Shown: piece by piece, positions 26,234 through 31,359 of the stretch
Numbering within the stretch: position 1 is the first letter of the stretch
How the letters are laid out: every line of letters starts with the position of its first letter
Assembly: GCA_028867075.1 (NCBI GenBank)
Contig: JAGWGZ010000002.1
Span: 1-48,650, forward strand
Length of the DNA: 48,650 nucleotides
Reading direction: 5' to 3'
Source: Nanobdellota archaeon
GTDB lineage: Archaea > Nanobdellota > Nanobdellia > Pacearchaeales > GW2011-AR1
Made by a program: the position numbers and the translations under genes
Notes under the pieces: generated by a model
Databases searched by the model: none
Told to the model about the DNA's origin: nothing
The model's input: only the letters and a program-made list of their open reading frames with translations

Positions 26234-27177
26234 TTTACTAGCTCCTGAAATTTGTCTAATCCCAAATTATCTAAATTAAGGTATTTTATCCATGCAATTT
26301 TCGCCCATCTATAAACCTCTTCTTTCTTTTCGGGGTGTTTCGAAACTAAATTAATAGACCATACTGCCCCATCTAAGAGCCTCTTTTTAGCAAATAAATA
26401 GACTGCTTTAATTTCCTCTTTATTGAGCTTGAGATATTTCTGATACTCTTTGAAAAAAATTCCGATTAAGTCTGTTCTTACTCTCCTTTCTTCTGTTAAA
26501 ACATGTCCGACAAAGACTGCAACATCAAAGGCGAGATAATTATACTGAAAATCATCCCAATCAATTATAGCCTTTAATTTGTTATCCTTAACAAGAAAGT
26601 TTGATTCGCAAATGTCCCCATGCATGACACATTTTCTTAACTTGCTTCTATCAAGCTTGTTGCATTCTTTAATTACTTTTAGAGATTCTTCTTTGAAGTC
26701 CATATTGTCTATTTTTTTGAGGCTTTCTCCTTTCATAACTTCAAAGTGTATTTTCCCTTGCCAACGGATTCCTTTTGAAGAATATTTTAAGAGGAGTTTG
26801 TCAAGAATCCCAATTTTTTCTCCCATGTCCAAGGCAATCTTGCTGTTTATCGTTTCTGTTTCTTTCCCTTCGACAAATTCCTGTATTACTACCTTCTTTT
26901 TTTTGTAAATCAGTATCCCTTTTCCTAAAGAAGTGTGAACAATTCTTGGTATTGCTACACCCCGCTCGTTTAGGAAATCAGAGAGTTTATTTTGGGTTTC
27001 AATAAACTTCATTGCGGCATGTTCAAAAATTTTCAAGATGAATTTTCCCTCTGAGGTTATCAACCTAAACACAGTATTTCCGCCCGTAAATAGATACTGG
27101 TGAGACTTATACTTCCCAATAGAATAAATTTCTAGGATATTTTCAAAATCTTTTTTCGCAAATTTGGTTAAGACCAC
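26230..27177 (-). CDS. APH/ChoK-family phosphotransferase (homoserine kinase type II-like)
   Basis: CVMHGDICESNFLV (HGDxxxxN catalytic loop) and IIDWDDF (DxD metal site). The start is GTG at 27177 per the ORF track and is uncertain. Confidence 0.7.
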   Translation of the reverse strand: MVLTKFAKKDFENILEIYSIGKYKSHQYLFTGGNTVFRLITSEGKFILKIFEHAAMKFIETQNKLSDFLNERGVAIPRIVHTSLGKGILIYKKKKVVIQEFVEGKETETINSKIALDMGEKIGILDKLLLKYSSKGIRWQGKIHFEVMKGESLKKIDNMDFKEESLKVIKECNKLDRSKLRKCVMHGDICESNFLVKDNKLKAIIDWDDFQYNYLAFDVAVFVGHVLTEERRVRTDLIGIFFKEYQKYLKLNKEEIKAVYLFAKKRLLDGAVWSINLVSKHPEKKEEVYRWAKIAWIKYLNLDNLGLDKFQELVK

Positions 27178-27231
27178 GCTTATTCCCTCTTTAAACGTAA
27201 ACTTAGGGTCAAAAACCGCAAGTCCACAGCA

Positions 27232-27249
27232 ACTTAGGGTGCCCTAAGT
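27232..27249. promoter_or_regulatory. perfect palindrome ACTTAGGG-TG-CCCTAAGT (candidate recombinase crossover site or operator)
   Basis: Read directly: 8-bp arms around a central TG. An identical AACTTAGGGT half-site lies at 27200-27209. A TATA-like tttatata (minus strand) abuts it at 27250-27257. Confidence 0.4.
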
Positions 27250-27366
27250 ATATAAATTTAATGGAAAATTCATAAATTCCCCTAATTTTTCTTAATTTTT
27301 TAGATTTGGGGCAAAGTGTGCACTAAGGTTAAGTTAGTTAAGATGAATCAGAGGATCAGAAAAGAC

Positions 27367-27687
27367 TTACACCGAGGCTAAAATATCGCAAACTCTTTGT
27401 AAGCATTCTCTTTTGATTGTTTCTGGAAAAAGGATCCAAAATTTTTCAACCAATTGTCCTTTTGAAAGAGATTGTTTCTTTGATGAAAGATATTTTATTG
27501 CTTCCTCATGATTTTGAAATCTTTGAACATATTGGGGTCCCAAAGCCGTGATTGCCCCCCTTCACAAGATAAGATCTCCAGGCACACGGGAGACTCATGG
27601 ATTATATATAACTCTGGGCCAAGAATTCCAGCCATTAGGGCAAATTGCATAAGGAGATTCTTTTAAGGCAGGACTTGGTTCAGGCAT
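27367..27687 (-). pseudogene. 107-codon frame interrupted only by two in-frame TGA codons (pseudogene or recoded gene)
   Basis: Hand translation: MPEPSPALKESPYAICPNGWNSWPRVIYNP*VSRVPGDLIL*RGAITALGPQYVQRFQNHEEAIKYLSSKKQSLSKGQLVEKFWILFPETIKRECLQRVCDILASV(TAA). The TGA codons are at 27595-27597 and 27562-27564. Confidence 0.45.
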
Positions 27688-27792
27688 ATAAAAAATAAAT
27701 CTGAATAATTTTAAAAATTATTATAATGAAAATAAAAGAGAATAAATGTTCACTAAGGTAAACTTAATTAAAATAAAAAGAAAGAAGTTAGC

Positions 27793-27972
27793 TTATCTTC
27801 TCCTTCTCTTGCCGTAGTTTCGGATCAATTTGGTTACACCAACAGCTGCTACCAAAAGTGCAAGAACCCACTGGACCCACATATCACCCCAGCTAAATCC
27901 GGGTATCCCCACCAGGCCAAGGATCATGAATACGCCAATAACGGTTATTAACCATGCAGTTACTTTTGCCAT
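27793..27972 (-). CDS. 59-aa small membrane protein (below the ORF-track cutoff)
   Basis: MAKVTAWLITVIGVFMILGLVGIPGFSWGDMWVQWVLALLVAAVGVTKLIRNYGKRRRR, preceded by a strong GGAGGTG Shine-Dalgarno 4 nt upstream of the ATG. The plus-strand ORF 27830..28015 is antisense to it. Confidence 0.55.
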   Translation of the reverse strand: MAKVTAWLITVIGVFMILGLVGIPGFSWGDMWVQWVLALLVAAVGVTKLIRNYGKRRRR

Positions 27973-28156
27973 GTCTCACCTCCTTATGTATGATGGAATT
28001 GTATTAAGGTTATAAAGTTTTCCTCTAAGATCTTTTAAGAGGGTTTAATCTGTGAATAAATGAAGCTACAAAAACAGTATTATGCAAATCAGAGGGTGTA
28101 AACTTGCCTTATTCTCCAAACGAAAGAATTCCGACGGAGAATTAAGTTCTATATTT

Positions 28157-28193
28157 ATAAACAGTTGTTTATGGGTGTTTAAACAGCCTGTTT
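28157..28193. promoter_or_regulatory. array of overlapping AAACA/TGTTT palindromes in a divergent intergenic region
   Basis: ATAAACA-GT-TGTTTAT (28157-28172), TGTTTAAACA (28176-28185) and AAACAG-C-CTGTTT (28181-28193), read directly. Confidence 0.4.
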
Positions 28194-28342
28194 GCCATAT
28201 TATTTCTTTGAATCTCCCTTTAACAAAAGAGATTTTTAATAAGAAAAAGAAATTCATCCAGATCTCAATAATTTCCCATTATTCCTCTTTTTTATATCGG
28301 TAGGAAGCAAAGATTTTTAAATTAGTTTTTATATTATTTATC

Positions 28343-28957
28343 ATGTTTAATTGGTTTTCTAAAAGAGGAGCAATAGATTCTATAAAAAAGGATACAAAGA
28401 CTGGTTTTGAGTCAGTAAAGAAAGATATAAATTCAATTAACGGATGGATAAAATATTTAGAATCTGAAAAAACAGCACATAAAAAAGATTTAGAGGATAT
28501 TCGTGATGAATTATCGACGATAAAGGAAGAGATTGCCGGAATAAAGAATATCATTTCCATGGTTGGTGAAATGAAGATTAATCCCGTGTTTAAAACAGCT
28601 AAACAGGTGTTTAATAAACAAACAGCTGTTTTCCCTGTTCAAACAGGTGTTCAAACAGGTGTTCAAACACCTAAATTAGAACAGTTTTCAATAACTGAAA
28701 GGGCAATATTATGGATCCTCTTAAACTCTGATTTGAAATTAAGCTATGATGATTTAGCTGCAATGTTGGGGAAAGAGAGATCTACAATAAGGGGCCAAAT
28801 AAATGCAATAAAACAGAAAAGTGAGGGATTAATTGAAGAAGAAATAGAAAAAAACGGTAAAAAGAGAGTATTTGTACCTGAAGAAATTAAAGAAAAGATG
28901 ATAAAAAAGGCAAAAGTGAGAATTAAAACAGATCAAAAAAATAAAAAAGAGAGATAA
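28343..28957 (+). CDS. coiled-coil / repeat-linker / C-terminal winged-helix DNA-binding protein
   Basis: N-terminal heptad-like region (FESVKKDINSINGWIKYLESEK...), linker FKTAKQVFNKQTAVFPVQTGVQTGVQT, and a C-terminal wHTH-like segment ITERAILWILLNSDLKLSYDDLAAMLGKERSTIRGQINAIKQK. Confidence 0.55.
   Translation: MFNWFSKRGAIDSIKKDTKTGFESVKKDINSINGWIKYLESEKTAHKKDLEDIRDELSTIKEEIAGIKNIISMVGEMKINPVFKTAKQVFNKQTAVFPVQTGVQTGVQTPKLEQFSITERAILWILLNSDLKLSYDDLAAMLGKERSTIRGQINAIKQKSEGLIEEEIEKNGKKRVFVPEEIKEKMIKKAKVRIKTDQKNKKER
28637..28669 (+). repeat. in-frame 12-nt tandem repeat GTTCAAACAGGT x2.75 (encodes VQTG repeats)
   Basis: Read directly. It is embedded in an 85-nt stretch (28586-28670) dense in AAACAG/CTGTTT palindromes, including the perfect AAACAGCTGTTT. 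Confidence 0.9.
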
Positions 28958-29093
28958 AAGAGTACACCAAATGACAAAAGTGAGTATTGGGGAAAGAAAA
29001 GAGAGGGGGATAAATAAGATGTAAGAATATCTAATCTTAAAAGAGAGTGTTGAAGGAGTAGTTATTCGGTGGGCGGAATAATTATTTAGGAGG

Positions 29094-29771
29094 TTATAGG
29101 TCCCTAAGCTGCAAGATTGCGTTAAGTGAGACCAAGTTTTTTAGATTTTGGGAAATAGAAAGTTGAATGTTCTTATTGTTTATTTTTGTTTTATCGACGG
29201 GAATTCCTTTTCTCATGATTCGGCCGACATAATCTCTTATAGAACTCTCGCTGAGATTCATTTTTTTGGAGAGTAACTTATAGTCGGGAATGCCCCCTTC
29301 CTCTTCAATTTGATAAATTGTGGAAAATACGAGAAATTCTTGATCTGTAAGCTCTTTAAACTTTAGGCGTATCTCCTTTTTTATGCTATCCAGAGAATTG
29401 AGAATCTCTAAGGCATTATCAAGATTTTGAGGGGAATTAGTCTTATTTATTATGTGTCTGTTTGTCTGTTTGTCTGTTTGTCTGTTTGTTGGAACCCCTT
29501 GATTTCCTATGGAGAAAGGTGAAAATTGGGGCTCTTGAGGGTTAATAGGTAAGCTTTGTGTTGGATTCTCCTGTCTGTTTGTTGGGATTAAGTGGTTCTG
29601 TGTTGGATTTTCTTGTTGAGGATTAATTCCTTCTGGAGAGGTATTTATCTCAGAAATAAGATTTTTTAGGTTCTTTATTGAATCTTTTAATGAAAAGACT
29701 TCCATTTTAAGTAGTTCTATGTCTTCCTTTACCCGCTTAAATGCTTCCTTTATTTGATCCATTAACTTCAT
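29094..29771 (-). CDS. coiled-coil / low-complexity linker / C-terminal winged-helix DNA-binding protein (architectural paralog of 28343-28957)
   Basis: N-terminus FKRVKEDIELLKMEVFSLKDSIKNLK (compare FESVKKDINS... in the paralog), a Pro/Gln/Asn/Thr linker with PTNRQ repeats, and C-terminal LTDQEFLVFSTIYQIEEEGGIPDYKLLSKKMNLSESSIRDYVGRIMRKG. Confidence 0.55.
   Translation of the reverse strand: MKLMDQIKEAFKRVKEDIELLKMEVFSLKDSIKNLKNLISEINTSPEGINPQQENPTQNHLIPTNRQENPTQSLPINPQEPQFSPFSIGNQGVPTNRQTDKQTNRHIINKTNSPQNLDNALEILNSLDSIKKEIRLKFKELTDQEFLVFSTIYQIEEEGGIPDYKLLSKKMNLSESSIRDYVGRIMRKGIPVDKTKINNKNIQLSISQNLKNLVSLNAILQLRDL
29455..29490 (-). repeat. 8-nt tandem repeat TGTCTGTT x4.5 inside a CDS (coding strand AACAGACA; unit is not a multiple of 3)
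   Basis: Read directly: four perfect units at 29455-29486 plus tgtt. Encodes TNRQTDKQTNRH. Confidence 0.9.
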
Positions 29772-29796
29772 AGAAATTGAAAGTATAAAAGATATT

Positions 29797-30069
29797 CTAT
29801 TTTAGGGTGCTATTCTTATAAGCTCCATAGGCTTCATCAGTAAGCTTCCAGCGAATCCTTTTTTTGTAGGCAATTCCTCGGGCATTTTTTGTTATTCCCA
29901 GGACCAGGCCTTTTTTCCTGAGGTTTTCAAGGATTCCTTTTATAAACTCCTCGTCCCTCACCACCTCTTTGGCCAGATGAGAAGTAAAGAAAGGTTTTGG
30001 GGAATTATAAAACAAAAAAGAAAGTATCTGCTCGGAAATTTTATCCTGTTTTTCAGAAGAAATTTTCAT
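29797..30069 (-). CDS. small winged-helix DNA-binding protein (90 aa)
   Basis: FFTSHLAKEVVRDEEFIKGILENLRKKGLV...: helix-turn-helix plus a wing-like basic hairpin. Assignment by pattern only. Confidence 0.45.
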   Translation of the reverse strand: MKISSEKQDKISEQILSFLFYNSPKPFFTSHLAKEVVRDEEFIKGILENLRKKGLVLGITKNARGIAYKKRIRWKLTDEAYGAYKNSTLK

Positions 30070-30119
30070 CTTTAAAAGAAATAGCCCGCTGGATTTTAAA
30101 AGCCTATTGTTAATCAGTT

Positions 30120-30530
30120 CTACTTGTCTTCTTTTTGTATAAATGGAAGAGGTATGTGGAGGGGGAGGTTTAGATCATCTTCAAGTTCAAGAGCTTTAAG
30201 GTTGGCTTTCCTTAGGATGATATTAAAGACGAAAATCCTGAATTCCTCTGAGAGCTTCTTATCCTTCCAGTCTTTCATCACTTCTTTCGCCATTTTGGGC
30301 TCAGCTTCAAGGACCATGTCCCCTGAAAATTCTATTTTTGCATATTCCGGATCATATTTTATAGTATACTCAAATTTTACTGATATCAATTCTTCTTTTG
30401 TTTTTATAAAGTCAGCCTTTGCGGGGATAATCTCCAGGATATTTATATTAGTATTAGCCTTTAATTCTTCAAGCTTGTTGGAGAATCTTTCAATACTTAT
30501 TTTATTAAAGCTGAATCCTATTGCTTTCAT
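30120..30530 (-). CDS. hypothetical protein, possibly SecB-like chaperone fold
   Basis: Beta-rich N-terminal half (FSFNKISIER, ISVKFEYTIKY, AKIEFSGDMVLEA), then a helix and VFNIILRKANLKALELEDDLNLPLHIPLPFI. This resembles the SecB C-terminal block CPNILFPYARE...FPQLNLAPVNF. The function is speculative. Confidence 0.3.
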   Translation of the reverse strand: MKAIGFSFNKISIERFSNKLEELKANTNINILEIIPAKADFIKTKEELISVKFEYTIKYDPEYAKIEFSGDMVLEAEPKMAKEVMKDWKDKKLSEEFRIFVFNIILRKANLKALELEDDLNLPLHIPLPFIQKEDK

Positions 30531-30577
30531 AATGTCTTATCTCTAATCGGTTTTTTAAAGGTTTGGTTGAGCAGAAA

Positions 30578-30835
30578 TTAAACAAGATCTTCCTCAGATA
30601 CAATGACGAAGTCCCCTATTGCTATTATAGAATTATACGGGACTAAAAGCTCATTTGTGCTTGTTCTTTCAAGGTTAAGGTTCCTTGTATATGGGGTGGA
30701 ATCACGAACGACAATACTAATCAATTCTCCGGATCTGGTTTCAAAAGTAATATCTTTTACATAACCAAGCCTTTTACCCTCTTTTGTCACAATCATCTTC
30801 CCGACAATTGCACTGAACGGATTTTTTTCCTGCAT
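30578..30835 (-). CDS. PRC-barrel domain protein
   Basis: IVGKMIVTKEGKRLGYVKDITFETRSGELISIVV...LVPYNSIIAIGDFVIV is a typical archaeal stand-alone PRC barrel. Confidence 0.7.
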   Translation of the reverse strand: MQEKNPFSAIVGKMIVTKEGKRLGYVKDITFETRSGELISIVVRDSTPYTRNLNLERTSTNELLVPYNSIIAIGDFVIVSEEDLV

Positions 30836-31006
30836 GATGAAATTAGAGGGAAATGATATATAAACTTTTCTGTGAGAGAATATAATATCTAGAGTTTAAC
30901 TTTTGATTGCCATAAATTTTACAGACAAGATTCAAAATATATTTTAGAACATAACTATTCTTACAATCCTTACAATCAAAAGTTAGAAAGGCTACTTGTA
31001 ACAAGC

Positions 31007-31033
31007 CTCCCACCCCTTTATTTCTAATAGAAC
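31007..31033 (-). repeat. ORB-like element (inverted orientation)
   Basis: The minus strand reads GTTCTATTAGAAATAAAGGGGTGGGAG: a core similar to the other two copies, plus a G-rich string. Confidence 0.45.
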
Positions 31034-31223
31034 AATTTAAAAAGAAATTTTGGGTTTTGTTTTTATTATTTTTATTTAAAAAAATATGTATAGTATAGTA
31101 TATACTTTATCTTCATCTTTATCTTTATTTTTACTCAAAAAATATTGATGCACTAGTCCAATAAAATTCTCTTCTTAAAATGCTTTAAGATTTTATCTGG
31201 CGAAGATTCATAATCAGAAATAG

Positions 31224-31245
31224 AACTCCATAAGAAATTGAGGTG
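31224..31245 (+). repeat. ORB-like element
   Basis: AACTCCATAAGAAATTGAGGTG. Confidence 0.45.
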
Positions 31246-31321
31246 TTTTTCTTTTTCAGTAGTTATAATTGTTTATATAATATTATGTTACTTCACGAAT
31301 ATAAATTTAATAACTAAAAAT

Positions 31322-31350
31322 GTTCCATAGGAAACAAACGTGTGGGTGTG
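31322..31350 (+). repeat. ORB-like element (best match)
   Basis: GTTCCATAGGAAACAAACGTGTGGGTGTG. Compare the archaeal ORB core TTCCAnnGGAAAC followed by a G-string. Confidence 0.55.
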
Positions 31351-31359
31351 AAAGATAAA

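Larger units (their letters stand above)
30836..31359. other. predicted chromosomal replication origin (oriC): AT-rich unwinding element flanked by ORB-like repeats
   Basis: 524-bp non-coding gap immediately upstream of cdc6. An extremely AT-rich core lies at about 31040-31140 (ttttattatttttatttaaaaaaatatgtatagtatagtatatac...). ORB-like elements are listed separately. Confidence 0.6.

Noticed and set aside
27562-27597. Genome-wide reassignment of TGA (code 4/25-like) as the explanation for the two in-frame TGAs
   Set aside because: Many well-supported genes in this window terminate at TGA, including ATGA or GTGA stop/start overlaps (for example 10667-10670, 26230-26233, cdc6/DP1, DP1/DP2). 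TGA is therefore a stop in the host; only gene-specific recoding or pseudogenisation remains possible. I also saw no convincing GC-rich SECIS-like hairpin in the 3' region (27250-27366).
27830-28015. 61-aa plus-strand ORF
   Set aside because: It is antisense to a 59-aa minus-strand ORF (27793-27972) that has a strong GGAGGTG Shine-Dalgarno, two clear TM helices and a basic C-terminus. The plus-strand product is Thr/Pro/His-rich with no start context.
28066-28303. Overlapping 63-aa (minus) and 73-aa (plus) ORFs in the 28016-28342 intergenic region
   Set aside because: Both have low-complexity, implausible sequences and no RBS, and they mutually overlap. The region is better explained by the palindromic, hairpin-rich regulatory DNA described in the findings.
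29062-29081. Hairpin TTATTC-N8-GAATAA between the two convergent wHTH genes as a terminator
   Set aside because: The stem is only 6 bp and AT-rich, and archaeal termination relies mainly on oligo-T tracts. This is too weak to call as a feature.
28586-29490. Short tandem repeats (12-nt and 8-nt units) considered as a possible CRISPR or mini-array
   Set aside because: The units are far too short, there are no unique spacers between them, both lie inside well-supported coding regions, and no cas genes are nearby.
24154-30835. The whole accessory region as a single integrated plasmid or provirus delimited by att sites
   Set aside because: I could not find terminal direct or inverted repeats at the boundaries. 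The left end abuts the S9 stop codon with no spacer, and there are no capsid, terminase or replication-initiator genes. Mobility is left as a hypothesis attached only to the recombinase operon.
31342-31359. GTG start for cdc6 given by the ORF track (MGVKDKMGLELD...)
   Set aside because: These codons overlap the best ORB-like origin repeat (GTTCCATAGGAAAC...GTGGGTGTG). The ATG at 31360 gives a normal Orc1 N-terminus, so the extension is probably not translated.
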